A stretch of 64,000 nt of DNA from an uncultured Methanosarcinaceae archaeon (GCA_963847185.1 CAWJYV010000007.1:160001-224000); one strand, 5' to 3'; positions 12,121-22,689 are shown, numbered from the stretch's first letter. Made by a program: numbers and translations. The notes: generated by a model not told the origin, from the sequence alone.

Positions 12121-12407
12121 ATTTTCTCAAAAGTATTTTTCAGCTTTTTTCAAACAGGTAATCTTCAGTTCTTTCAGTACTTGTAGCGTTTCACTGAGTG
12201 ATACAAAACAACTACAAAGAAAACAATAGCAAGCAAGAAACTAAAAAAGACGCCAGGGTCCCAGACAAAGCCTATCCCTTAGCTTCCTTATCCCCGGAAA
12301 CAAGTACGGCTCCCTATATTTTTATATCAGGAATTTTTATATCCGGTTCCCTAAGCTTAAAGATCCTCATAACCAGTAATTTTCTTAAAATATTTCGCCT
12401 AAGTAAT

Positions 12408-12437
12408 AAAAAAATTAACCAGCGAGAGCCTCGCTGG
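12408..12437 (-). terminator. Putative terminator of mtmCB
   Basis: CCAGCGAG-(3 nt)-CTCGCTGG hairpin at 12419-12437, followed on the minus strand by TTAATTTTTTT, about 45 nt after the mtmB stop. Confidence 0.65.
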
Positions 12438-12480
12438 CTTTCAGGTTACCTCAATATAAATTCAGGCTTATATTTTTAAT

Positions 12481-13859
12481 TTAGAATACAAGTCCGAGGT
12501 CTTCGAGCTTCTTTCTTGCCCCATCGTAGACCTGCATGTATTCGTCAGTTGGAGTCACTGTCTTTACGTCGTAGCATTCCTGGAAGGTCTTTCCTGCGGG
12601 TGCGTTTGCGTAATTCTTCTCGTAGAGAGCTACGAGTTTGTCAAGGATTACGTTAATCTCTGCAATATCGACACCGGCAGTTGCTCTTGCAACTTCTCCC
12701 ATCATCCTGGCTTCCATACCAGTTGTCTTGTCAGTTACGACGCCTTTTGCTGACGCAACACCTGAGAGGATTTCTCTTCCTGATGCAGTGTCAGTAATGG
12801 ACTGGGCTGAAGCTTCAAGAAGACACATCTCAGTACACGGACCTGCACATGGGTAGTACTGGTTTCCTGAGAGAATATCTGTAAACTCGGAAATTGTTGC
12901 ACATGCCCATCCTGCGATTATCAGGGTTTCCCTGGTGTTGGTTGACCCCCAGCGGATGTGGACAGGGCCGTCAAGGTGCCAGCTAGCGCTGCTCATGACA
13001 ACGGAGTTAATGTGGGTTGCAATGTCAACGATTGTGGTTTCTTCAATTCCGCCTGCATACCCTCCGAAAATCGGCATCTGTTCATCCATAATGATGTCGC
13101 TGTTTCCTTTGTAGTGAGCAATAACAGCGATTGCATCAAGATCGATCTTGAGTTCATTTAGCTGAGAGACTTCGTGGCTGTCCGTGGAGCCATCTGGCCG
13201 CCAACGCAGTCAGATGATATATTTCCCTGAGCAGACAGGGAAGTCTCTGGGCCCTATATGCCCATGCCTGGGCGGCCTGCCATTGCGCATGCCTGCTTAA
13301 TCAGGCGGGTTTCTGTCTTTGCGGCAAGTACTTCATATGGGCTGCCTGGTATAGGAGGCTTTCCACGAACAGAAGTCATGACCCCATCTACGATTGTGTC
13401 AACTTCCTTTTCTAGAGCATAGCTCATGTGAACAGGCATGAACACATCTTCGGAAATCGGAGAGCCAGTAGGGCCGCCCTGGACGATGGGCTTTCTCCTG
13501 TCTCCAACGCTTCTCTTCCTTACGTTTACTGCTTCTCTGCCTGTACCGAGGGTAAATTCTTTCTGGACATTGTTGATTGCGTCCCAGATTTCAGCTTCAG
13601 TGTACTTTACGATCCTGTGTGTGTCGGTACAGTAAATACCGCAGTCAAGGAGCATCTCGAAGCCTGCATTGAAGAGTTTTTCCATCATATCCCTGTCCGT
13701 AGGAATAAACTCTCCTTTGAAGTCAAGCCCGTACTTATGCTTGAGCTCCATTGCCTTCATTGGGATCTTCATAAGGTCCCAGTCATCCTGGGTGCATTTT
13801 TCTCCTACTTTTGCTCTGTCGTAGAAGTCATAGCAGTCAACTGATTTCCTAAAAGTCAT
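12481..13859 (-). CDS. mtmB: Monomethylamine:corrinoid methyltransferase, Pyl at codon 202 (TAG 13254-13256), with an apparent frameshift near 13189-13190
   Basis: MTFRKSVDCYDFYDRAK...AGRPGMGI-TAG-GPETSLSAQGN...DSHEVSQLNELKID...MDEQMPIFGGYAGG. Span is 1379 nt, 2 nt longer than a 458-aa MtmB. Confidence 0.95.
13165..13248 (-). promoter_or_regulatory. PYLIS-like stem-loop 3' of the mtmB amber codon
   Basis: AGAGACTTC (13248-13240) pairs with GAAGTCTCT (13173-13165), enclosing CCCTG/CAGGG and CATCTG/CAGATG helices. Starts 5 nt after the UAG. Confidence 0.7.
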
Positions 13860-13879
13860 CGTATTTTGCCTCCTCAGGA

Positions 13880-14533
13880 TTATTTCATAACATCGAGTGC
13901 AACCTTTGCAGCTTCTGCAGCATTTTCTGCAGTTGCGTCAGCTCCGATTTCTGTAATCCATTTATCGGATACTGGAGCTCCTCCGAACATGCACTTTACA
14001 CTGTCCCTGAGGTTTTCTTCCCTGAGCCTGTCCATGAGATCTTTCTGGCCGAGCATGGAAGTGGTCATGAGGGCAGAGCCTACCAGGAGAATCTTTTCTC
14101 CCTTGTGCTTTGCGGCTTCTTCAACAACGGTTTCGTTAAGGACGTCAACTCCAAGGTCAAGGATCTGGAAACCGTTTGCTCCGAGCATGGTAGTAACAAG
14201 CCTGTGCCCAATATCGTGAATATCTCCTTCTGCAACAAAAGTGATCGCAAGTCCAGTTTCATCTCCTTCTTTCTTGTTCTTCGCAAGTTCAGGAGTGAGG
14301 ACTTCCATTGCATTGCTCATTGCCTTTCCAGACATCATGATTTGAGGCAGAAATACTTCGGCGGCTTCGAACTTGTCACCAACGATTTTCATTCCAACGG
14401 AAAGACCTTTTGTAATAATGTCAATAGGTGGAATTCCTGCAGCTAGGGCTTCCTTGCATAACTGTGCAGTGCCTGCGACGTTCTGATTTACGATCGCATC
14501 GCGTAACTTATCAAAAATCTCTTGATTTGCCAT
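13880..14533 (-). CDS. mtmC: Monomethylamine corrinoid protein
   Basis: MANQEIFDKL start after GGAGG SD, B12-binding EGDIHDIG, SALMTT, MFGGAP. Confidence 0.95.
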   Translation of the reverse strand: MANQEIFDKLRDAIVNQNVAGTAQLCKEALAAGIPPIDIITKGLSVGMKIVGDKFEAAEVFLPQIMMSGKAMSNAMEVLTPELAKNKKEGDETGLAITFVAEGDIHDIGHRLVTTMLGANGFQILDLGVDVLNETVVEEAAKHKGEKILLVGSALMTTSMLGQKDLMDRLREENLRDSVKCMFGGAPVSDKWITEIGADATAENAAEAAKVALDVMK

Positions 14534-15010
14534 TTTTAAACCTCCATCGAATTCGCTGTTTATGCGGTGTCGTTGGGATGCACAATGTCTCTGAATCTCT
14601 GTGGAGTGGACAATTCTCGCAAAGGTTTGACTGCCTATATATAGGCCCAAGCTCCGCTAGCTAAAAAAAGCATTCGCATGGGGTCCTTACTCTGGTGCAA
14701 ATCCCTGCTGCCTTATTTCAGCCATTAGGCATAGGGGACTTCCTTTACAGGATTTAATTGTCCATAAAAAATTATTCACTGCCATTTGCCATTTCTAATC
14801 TGAACAGCGTCCAGATATTTGTGAATAATTTCTTTCTCCTGACATTGCTACCTGGGAATTTATTCGCTGGGGACTGCAAATTGATTCATTTTCCAGTCGA
14901 ATTAGCAACTAATGTCCCAAATTTTCCCAAACAGTATACCTGCTGGAACTGCGAAAGGAATTTTCCTGAGTATCCAGACATAAATTCCTATATCAAAGAT
15001 GAAAATTATA

Positions 15011-15025
15011 CTATATAAAGAAACA
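15011..15025 (-). promoter_or_regulatory. Candidate TATA box for mtmCB
   Basis: TTTATATA on the minus strand about 480 nt upstream of mtmC. Assignment is inference. Confidence 0.35.
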
Positions 15026-15373
15026 CTATCTTTCTGTATTAGATGATGTATTCGAGAACTTTAATCGATGGTTTTTTTCCATTGTAGTGCCCAAAATTTG
15101 GGTGTCCATTTACTTTTTTTTGTTAAGTCCCTTGGGTGAATCTAAAAAAACGAAAATTATATATATTATATATCTGCGAATATCGAGATTTGCCATAAAA
15201 AATGGATTCATTGGCTTTGATATTTTTTAAGCAGCATATTTCTCATAGAGAAAACTTTAAATATCAATTCGTTTTCTTCGCGTGTGAGCTGGAGCAAATT
15301 GAAACAAGCTTCCGGAAAATTTGAGAGTTGAATACTCAAAATAAGACTTTTTCAGGCCGACTAAAAATTAAGT

Positions 15374-15405
15374 AAAAAAAAGTGAAGCCGGCCTACATGC
15401 CGGCT
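15374..15405 (-). terminator. Putative terminator of mtbA
   Basis: AGCCGGC-(6 nt)-GCCGGCT hairpin at 15386-15405 followed by a T8 run on the minus strand. Confidence 0.65.
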
Positions 15406-15483
15406 GTTTAATTCCAAATTTATTGAGATTTTTAATTTTGAAACTTTTAATATTAATCAGTACATTGCTCAGCAGGGCATTGT

Positions 15484-16503
15484 TCAGTACTTGTAGTTTT
15501 TGGCACATTCAACCATCTTACGGAGGTTGGCAGTCGGGGTCATGCTGACGATTCCGCAACCAGCGGTGAGCAGCCCGACACCTGCGTCGAGTACCTTCTT
15601 TGAAGCGTTAGCTACATCCTCAGGAGTCCCATTCCAGAGCACGGCTACAGGGTCAAGGTTTCCGACAATGATTGCATTTTCCACGTTGCCTGTTGCGGTC
15701 TTAATGTCTACCCTCTGATCTACGCTGATCCCGTTTACTCCGGTCTTGTCCATAATTCCAAGGCCGTTGGTGGTGTTTCCGCAAATGTGAAGAACCGTAG
15801 CTACATCAAGTTCCTTCATTGCATCAACTATTTTCTTCTGGTAAGGAAGAGCATATTTCTCATAAAACTCTCCGCCGATAAGCTCATAGCTCGCTGTGGG
15901 GTCAATGATAGCTATGGTATCAGCGCCATTTTCAACCATTGCTTTTGCATATGCCACATTGAAGTCTGAGCAGAAGTCCAGAAGTGCAGGAACGATGTCT
16001 TCTCCGGTGAAAAGGTTTCCGAACCAGGCATCTCCGTTGATGTGCTGGGCAAGGGAGAAGGGACCGATCATGGAGCCTATTATGGGGAGTTCTTTTCCGT
16101 ATTTCTCGGAAAGGATCTTTACAGCTTCAAGGATTAATCCAACTCTGCCTTCTTTCAGGTTGTAATCTTTTATTTTGTCCAGATCTTCAAGGTTTTTAAC
16201 AACATGCTTGACAACAGAGGGCTGCTGCTTCAGGTCGCCAGCCTTTATTCCGCAGCCAAAAAGCTCTGCTTCAGCTGTAATGTCAAAGGGGACTCTTACA
16301 GCTTCAAAGCCTGCAACAGTGTGCCCTGCTTCCGCAAGAGTTGCCATTTTCTCTGCGTCTGCGTGGGCTTCTGGCCAGTAGGCTCCGCATGCTTCCATCT
16401 GTTCTACAGTTGCTGTCTGGGTAAAACAGACTGCAGGCATTCTGTCTACTGGCTGTTTTCGTAATGCTCGGTATAATCTTTCTTTTGGTGTATATTCTGT
16501 CAT
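15484..16503 (-). CDS. mtbA: Methylcobamide:CoM methyltransferase (methylamine-specific)
   Basis: MtaA/CmuA family with Zn ligands LHICG and AGCG. 339 aa, next to mtmCB. Confidence 0.93.
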   Translation of the reverse strand: MTEYTPKERLYRALRKQPVDRMPAVCFTQTATVEQMEACGAYWPEAHADAEKMATLAEAGHTVAGFEAVRVPFDITAEAELFGCGIKAGDLKQQPSVVKHVVKNLEDLDKIKDYNLKEGRVGLILEAVKILSEKYGKELPIIGSMIGPFSLAQHINGDAWFGNLFTGEDIVPALLDFCSDFNVAYAKAMVENGADTIAIIDPTASYELIGGEFYEKYALPYQKKIVDAMKELDVATVLHICGNTTNGLGIMDKTGVNGISVDQRVDIKTATGNVENAIIVGNLDPVAVLWNGTPEDVANASKKVLDAGVGLLTAGCGIVSMTPTANLRKMVECAKNYKY

Positions 16504-16826
16504 CTATAATCCCTCTCTAAGTTATATAGACAGCCCTATTTCAAAAATCCATACTATAAATAAATATGTATTTTTATTTCTTTATTAAAGACTATTTTAT
16601 AAAAATTAACTAAATAAATCCCTCTGATAAGCTGATAATTTCTTTAAAACAAGTAAATTTGTTTTATTCATACTAGCTGTGTAGAAAGTTTAAAATATCT
16701 GGTCATTTGCGGCTTTAACTAATGTTTTGTTGATTCTCAAATTATTAATTTTGGAAAAGATAAATTAAGAAGAAAATGAATTAAGGTATTGTTGAGAAGA
16801 AATTAAGATCTAATGAAGGAAAATAG

Positions 16827-17426
16827 ATGCACCTTTATGTTATTTATGCTCATCCAAGCAAATTCTCTTTTACTTATGAAGTTTTACATTCATTTTTAAA
16901 TGGTCTAAGTGAATCACTTACCACTTTTGAAATAGGCGACCTTTATGAAATGAACTTTAAATGTGAACTGGATATAGACCAATATACACGCGAAGTGAGT
17001 AGAAAGGCATTAATGCCAGTTCCTGATGACGTAAAAAAGGAGCAGGAGAAAATACAGAAGTCTGATGCACTGGTGTTTATTTATCCAGTATGGTGGAGCG
17101 ATTGTCCCTGTATATTAAAAGGCTGGTTTGATCGAGTTTGGTCAAACGGCTACGCTTATTTTTATGATGAAAATGAAGGAAGAAAATCATTCATTAAACC
17201 AAAAAAAGCATTGGTGATATGTACAGCTGGTCATACAGTTGAATATCTTGAAGAAACCGGAATTACTAAAAGTATGCGCTGTATTATGCTTAAAGACCGT
17301 TTGAATAATGTTGGTTTTACAGATGTGAAAATGGAAATACTGGGTGGCATGGCGAACAAAAATGATTTCATAAAAAGTTCAAACCTGGAAAAAGCATATA
17401 ATTTAGGTGTAAACTTTTTTTCTTAA
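16827..17426 (+). CDS. NAD(P)H-dependent oxidoreductase, flavodoxin-like fold (KefF/NQO family)
   Basis: IYAHP..SF, DLYEMNF, EQEKI..SDALVFIYPVWW..P.ILKGWFDRV. Confidence 0.9.
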   Translation: MHLYVIYAHPSKFSFTYEVLHSFLNGLSESLTTFEIGDLYEMNFKCELDIDQYTREVSRKALMPVPDDVKKEQEKIQKSDALVFIYPVWWSDCPCILKGWFDRVWSNGYAYFYDENEGRKSFIKPKKALVICTAGHTVEYLEETGITKSMRCIMLKDRLNNVGFTDVKMEILGGMANKNDFIKSSNLEKAYNLGVNFFS

Positions 17427-17493
17427 CAGGAGAATTATTTCTGCCTATTCAAAGTTGTGAAGTTCTGTTTAAGGTAATACAGGGTGGGATATA

Positions 17494-18999
17494 GTGAGTG
17501 GAATTATCAATTCTGATACAGTCATAGTTGGAGGGGGAATCACAGGTCTTTATACCTGTTATAAACTAAAACAGTTAAAAGGTATTGATCATACTATTTC
17601 CTTGTTTGAAGGTACAAATCGTTTTGGAGGACGAATTGAGACCGTGGAAATGGGTGGGTTTTTGGCAGAATATGGTCCGATGCGATTTGAGAAGATGGCC
17701 CAGCCCCTTCTCATGAACCTTATAGCTGAGCTTGGTCTGGAGACAAAATACTTCGTTCCCTATGCAGCAGCAAGTGATTCAGATTCTCTTTTTGATTTAA
17801 CATATGATGAATCAGAAGGCAAGCATCATGGGAGTAAATTGACTGCTCTTGAGATTTTAAAACTGGGCATTTTACGCCTTTTGAATGCAAGTAGCGGTAA
17901 TATGGATGATCCTGATGATCCTCGACATCTGGAGTGGTGGGCTACTCTTGATGAAGGGTATTACGGTTATGTGCGTAATAAGGCTGTGTATAACGGTAAA
18001 TATCTCTATCAAATGGGTTTCTGGAACGCACTCAGTCTTGTTCTTAGCCACCGTGCGGTAAATAAGATTATCCATTATGGGACATTTTACCATCTTATTC
18101 ACTTTAACCCCAACGCAGCAGAGTGGATTATTTTCTGGTTGCGTGGATTACATCCTAAAGACGAGCTGGTCGGTATAGCGCAAGGGACAGAATCTCTTGT
18201 TCGTGAGTTAGTTCGCAGATTGGATTCTGTATCAGAACCTTCTGTCTCGCTTCATCTTAATCACAGATTAACAACCCTCTTTTCCCAAGCTGATGGACGG
18301 ATTTTACTGGAATTCAAGAATGACGATAATACAGTTAAAGTACTGGCAAAGAATGTTGTGCTGGCATTACCTCATTATCCTTTGATGCAACTTTGTCCTC
18401 ATTTACCTGGGTATATTGGAGAGCTGGTAGATTCTGTAATCCCTATCCCATTAGCAAAATGTTTTTTTGTAAACGAAAATCCCTGGTGGGATGAGTCCAC
18501 ACCACCACAGACAGGAGTCTCATCTACTCCAGCAAGGGAAATCCATTATGCTGTTAAGAGGGACAGAGGTAATAAACGCGGGATTGTTATGGTTTATGGT
18601 GACTTCCCCAGTATGAATTACTGGACGCCGTTTGTAAAACAACAAGAGCATTTAAAAGCAGAACTAAATCTTGATCAACGCCTTGTTGAAGGCTATCTTC
18701 AGTATTTACGATCAAACCCTGATAATACAGACATTGAAGGAATAGGCGCAGAAGCTGAATTAATTAGTTGTTTCGGTATCCGGGATTGGAGTCGAAAGCC
18801 CTTTGAGGCTGGTTGTCATGTCTGGAAAGCTGGGGTCCATGTTGACGAGGCAATAAAAGAGTTAACTGCATTCTCATTAGATGGTGCTTCAATACCAACT
18901 AAAAATGTTCATATTTGCGGTGAGGCTTACTCCGACTTTCAGGGTTTCATCGAAGGAAGTTTGCGTACATCCTTGCAAGCTATAAAGCATATCATTTGA
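17494..18999 (+). CDS. Flavin-dependent amine/amino-acid oxidase family protein
   Basis: FAD motif VIVGGGITGL, E..RFGGRI, EYGPMRF, C-terminal HICGEAYS..QGFIEGSL. Confidence 0.85.
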   Translation: MSGIINSDTVIVGGGITGLYTCYKLKQLKGIDHTISLFEGTNRFGGRIETVEMGGFLAEYGPMRFEKMAQPLLMNLIAELGLETKYFVPYAAASDSDSLFDLTYDESEGKHHGSKLTALEILKLGILRLLNASSGNMDDPDDPRHLEWWATLDEGYYGYVRNKAVYNGKYLYQMGFWNALSLVLSHRAVNKIIHYGTFYHLIHFNPNAAEWIIFWLRGLHPKDELVGIAQGTESLVRELVRRLDSVSEPSVSLHLNHRLTTLFSQADGRILLEFKNDDNTVKVLAKNVVLALPHYPLMQLCPHLPGYIGELVDSVIPIPLAKCFFVNENPWWDESTPPQTGVSSTPAREIHYAVKRDRGNKRGIVMVYGDFPSMNYWTPFVKQQEHLKAELNLDQRLVEGYLQYLRSNPDNTDIEGIGAEAELISCFGIRDWSRKPFEAGCHVWKAGVHVDEAIKELTAFSLDGASIPTKNVHICGEAYSDFQGFIEGSLRTSLQAIKHII

Positions 19000-19154
19000 A
19001 GCTTAATTTCCCTGATATTTATACGATTTTGAGTAGTTGTTGGATACTCGCTATTTCTCCCTTTGTTTGCCTATAACCATCTGGAAGTGCATAAAAATAA
19101 CAATTACCAGCAGGAATGGCATCTTCTAACTAGATAGCTATCAGAGGAGCCGAT

Positions 19155-19856
19155 ATGAAACAATATCCAAAATGGTATTATGATGAATTCAAACAAGTTG
19201 GAACTGATTATTCAAATATCGAAGAGGTATACGCTTATGATTTACGCATGCAGAAATTAAGAGATACTGAATACGAATCTAACTGCATCCGAGAGCTTCT
19301 TAGAATAAAGAAGAACGATTTAGTTCTTGAAATTGGAACGGGAACAGGAGAATTAGCTCTCAATATTTCAACGCATTGTAGACAGGTTGTCGCTATTGAT
19401 GTTTCGGAAACGATGATAAACTTTGCAAGAATGAAGGCTAAAGCCCAAAATAAAACAAATATACAGTTTTGTAATGCTGGTTTTTTGACATACGAAAATT
19501 GTGATGAACCGTTTGATATTATTATTACTCAGTTAGCCTTGCACCACCTTCCCGACTATTGGAAAATGATTGCCTTGAGACGAATTTATGATACGTTAAA
19601 GAAAGATGGAAAATTCTATTTGAATGACGTGGTATTTCCTTCCTCAATCCAAAATTATGATAGTTATTTTGCTAAAATCATTAATGATCTGGATAAATCT
19701 GCAGGAGATGAAATCGCTCTAGAGACTGAAACGCACATAAGAGAAGAATTTTCAACGCTGGATTGGATTATGGAAGGTCTGCTTAAAAATGTGGGATTCT
19801 GTATTGAGTATGTTAAACACGAAGGATTTATGGCAAGTTACATTTGCAAAAAATAA
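19155..19856 (+). CDS. Class I SAM-dependent methyltransferase
   Basis: VLEIGTGTG, IDVS, FDII, ALHHLPD, LKKDGKF. Confidence 0.9.
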   Translation: MKQYPKWYYDEFKQVGTDYSNIEEVYAYDLRMQKLRDTEYESNCIRELLRIKKNDLVLEIGTGTGELALNISTHCRQVVAIDVSETMINFARMKAKAQNKTNIQFCNAGFLTYENCDEPFDIIITQLALHHLPDYWKMIALRRIYDTLKKDGKFYLNDVVFPSSIQNYDSYFAKIINDLDKSAGDEIALETETHIREEFSTLDWIMEGLLKNVGFCIEYVKHEGFMASYICKK

Positions 19857-20066
19857 CTTATTTGGAATTGGAATAGCTTGAAATTCAAGCAATAGTAATA
19901 GTTTATATAATTTATAAGTTCTAATTTACATAATTAGCAAGTTCTAAAAATATTGCATCCTTTTCCTGTGTCGAATTAGAATCAAACCCCCATATCCCAT
20001 CCTTTTTCGGGGCAGCCATGGTGCCGGGCTCCTCGAGATTATGTTCACTATCGGAGGATCTAAAAA

Positions 20067-21686
20067 ATGTATGGAATAGCCCTTGATCTGGGTACCAGCG
20101 GTTTTCGAACCCAGCTTATTGACCTTGAAACTAATGAGACTTTAAAAACAGTCATAACCATGGGCCACCCTCTCCCAGGAGGAAATGTTATGGACCACCT
20201 GGATTTTGCGATCACAACAGGTGAGGATGTAGCTCATGCGGTAATTATCGAAACCATCAGGAGAATGTTCCTGAAATTTGAGATCGACCTTTCTCTGGTA
20301 GAAAGACTTGCAGTTTGTGGAAATCCTATTCAGCTATCCCTTTTCCAGAATATAGAGATAAGAGATCTTGCATACGCCGGAGAAAACAAGCAGAAGCAGC
20401 TTGGAGTCCAGAATGTAAAGAGAGACGCCCGCCTATTTCCTGCTTCAGAGATTTTTGGGAAAGACCTGCCTAACTGCGAAGTCATCGTTCCTCCTGCAAT
20501 CAAACATGAGATCGGAGCGGATGCTCTTGCAATGATGCTTGAAACCGATTTTCTTATCCAACCCGAACCTTCACTTGTAACGGATTACGGGACAAACGCC
20601 GAAATGGCTTTGAAAGTAGGAAACAGGATCATCACGGCAAGTGCTGCAGCAGGACCTGCAATTGAAGGGCAGGGTATAAGCTGCGGAATGCTTGCAAGTC
20701 CTGGCGCAATCTGTGACGTAAAACCCGAAGGCCAGTACTGGAAAATTATGGTCCTTGATAAAGAGATGGAAAAGCAGGAAGCTTACCTTATCCATCCGGT
20801 CACAGGCGCGATAATAAAGTCCTATGGACACAAGGCAGTTGGGATTACAGGTACAGGAGTGATCTCGGCGTTCTCGCTGGCACTGAGAAGCGGGCTGATT
20901 GAGAAATCTCCCAAACTTCCTAATGGAAAGCTGATTCTGGGCCCTGGAATTGAAATTACTGAAAAAGATGTAGAGGAGGCCGGAAAAGCTATTGGTGCAA
21001 TCCGTGCCGCTCATATGACCCTTATCATTGAGTCGGGGATTAAATACGAAGATCTGGAATACGCATACATGTCAGGAGCCTCAGGTGCCTATGTAGATGC
21101 TGAAGACGCCCGCATACTCGGAGCTACTCCAGGTTATGCAAAAAAGATCGTTCAGTTCGGAAATACCTCTCTTGCCCTTGCACGTGAACTTGCCCTGGAC
21201 AAATCCAGGCTCGATGACGTAATTCAAATTGCAAAAAAAATCACTGCTGATCATCTTATGATGGCAACCAGTGACACATTCAACAACTTCTATCTCTGTG
21301 AACTTTCCTACTGGACTCAGGGAATGCCCCTGGAAATGTATGACCAGATGCTTGAACTCTATGGCCTGCCAAAACTTCCAAAAACCCTTGAACACGCCGA
21401 CATAAAAAAGAGAGTTCGAAAAGACATAGAACAGGTAGGGACCGGCGGTCTTGCCATCCTCAAAGAAATAGGCATATTCCTCGAAGTCCCTGTAGACAAG
21501 TGCATCTACTGTCAGAAATGCGTAGAAGAATGCCCCGAAAAGGCTATTGAAATCATAGAAACCGACGACCAAAGAATCGCAAAATACGACAGCCAGAAAT
21601 GCCTCGGCACAAGCTGTCGTCGCTGCGTAAGCATCTGCCCTGAAAACGCCATAGACATCACAAAACTGAAAATTAAATCAAAATAA
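20067..21686 (+). CDS. ramA: Methylamine methyltransferase corrinoid reductive activase
   Basis: ASKHA motifs DLGTSG and DYGTNAE, C-terminal ferredoxin CIYCQKCVEECP and CLGTSCRRCVSICP, position next to pyl. Confidence 0.94.
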   Translation: MYGIALDLGTSGFRTQLIDLETNETLKTVITMGHPLPGGNVMDHLDFAITTGEDVAHAVIIETIRRMFLKFEIDLSLVERLAVCGNPIQLSLFQNIEIRDLAYAGENKQKQLGVQNVKRDARLFPASEIFGKDLPNCEVIVPPAIKHEIGADALAMMLETDFLIQPEPSLVTDYGTNAEMALKVGNRIITASAAAGPAIEGQGISCGMLASPGAICDVKPEGQYWKIMVLDKEMEKQEAYLIHPVTGAIIKSYGHKAVGITGTGVISAFSLALRSGLIEKSPKLPNGKLILGPGIEITEKDVEEAGKAIGAIRAAHMTLIIESGIKYEDLEYAYMSGASGAYVDAEDARILGATPGYAKKIVQFGNTSLALARELALDKSRLDDVIQIAKKITADHLMMATSDTFNNFYLCELSYWTQGMPLEMYDQMLELYGLPKLPKTLEHADIKKRVRKDIEQVGTGGLAILKEIGIFLEVPVDKCIYCQKCVEECPEKAIEIIETDDQRIAKYDSQKCLGTSCRRCVSICPENAIDITKLKIKSK

Positions 21687-21819
21687 ATTATAGTGGGATT
21701 TTACCCCCACCCATTTTTTCTGATTTTTTCGTTTCTTTTCACTGAGCATATTTGAGCCAAGACTTTATGCCATAAGCTAACCTTCCAAAGCAAAACTCGG
21801 GATTCTAAGCCATAAGTTA

Positions 21820-21902
21820 GTCCTCTTGAGCGAGCGAAGCGAGGGAAAAGGACCGCGTACTCCCGAGGCGCAATTCGGGTGGTGCAATTCGGGTGGTGCA
21901 AC
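21820..21902. repeat. GC-rich structured intergenic element with 14-bp tandem duplication (possible MITE/REP-like)
   Basis: GTCCT...AGGAC and CCCGA...TCGGG stems, GAGCGAGCGAAGCGAG core, GCAATTCGGGTGGT x2 at 21870-21897. Confidence 0.5.
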
Positions 21903-21909
21903 TAGGATG

Positions 21910-22689
21910 TTACAGGACCGAATAAAGCATAGATGCTGTTCCTATTCCAAGAGGCTCCATTATAAGCTCCACATTGTATTTTTTTCTGAGCTCATCGGAA
22001 ATTGCACAGGGAATTCCTGGTGTGGAGATTACACAATTCTTCGACAACGCGACTTCAGGAATTGTATCCTCACATGGCGTCGCCTCAAAAATAATTGAAA
22101 ACTTTCTTGAGCTTGAAGGGTCAAAAGGGATAATCCCGAGATTGAAGACAGCTTTCTCAAGAAGTGCTTTGTCAGCATCGTAACCGTACACCCTGAAACC
22201 TTTTTGCACAAAATGAGCCGCTCCTGGAAATCCTACTTTTCCGAGTCCTATCACAAGTACGTCTTTTGAGTCGGCTTTCAGGTGCCTGGATGCGATTTCT
22301 GCATAAATTATGCCTGTACAGGGCTGATTATTGGCTATTTTTCCGTTTTTGAGGTTGTGAGCAAGGAAAGTGTGGTCATCAGCCATCAGAATGATTTCCG
22401 CACCTTTTTGTACTGCCTCATAATAGCCGCTGACATCAGGCATATCTGTAACAAAACTCTCAAACCCGAAATATTTTGTAATTTCGTTGAGAGAAGCCGA
22501 AAAACTTCCTATTATTCCATTTCCTGAAGTTACAGGTATAATTCCTACCCTTTCACAACAAAGAGACGTGCCGTAAAGGGCTTTACAGATTTCTTTTATA
22601 TCAAGCCCTGTTACTCTATGAACGGCAGAATCTGCTTCTTTAAGCTGTCTATTAATATTATTCAGGTCTTCTGGGGTTAAAAGTGCCAT
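21910..22689 (-). CDS. pylD: Pyrrolysine synthase (3-methylornithyl-N6-lysine dehydrogenase)
   Basis: MALLTPEDL, ILMADDHTF, Rossmann VIGLGKVG, EPLGIG. GGTGA SD before ATG 22689. Confidence 0.96.
   Translation of the reverse strand: MALLTPEDLNNINRQLKEADSAVHRVTGLDIKEICKALYGTSLCCERVGIIPVTSGNGIIGSFSASLNEITKYFGFESFVTDMPDVSGYYEAVQKGAEIILMADDHTFLAHNLKNGKIANNQPCTGIIYAEIASRHLKADSKDVLVIGLGKVGFPGAAHFVQKGFRVYGYDADKALLEKAVFNLGIIPFDPSSSRKFSIIFEATPCEDTIPEVALSKNCVISTPGIPCAISDELRKKYNVELIMEPLGIGTASMLYSVL

Noticed and set aside
13254-13256. mtmB in-frame TAG as a novelty or nonsense mutation
   Set aside because: This is the well-established Pyl202 codon, and the full pyl machinery is in the window.
14534-14659. 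N-terminal extension of MtmC with an upstream in-frame TAG
   Set aside because: No start codon between that TAG and the upstream TAA, and the real start has a GGAGG SD at MANQE.
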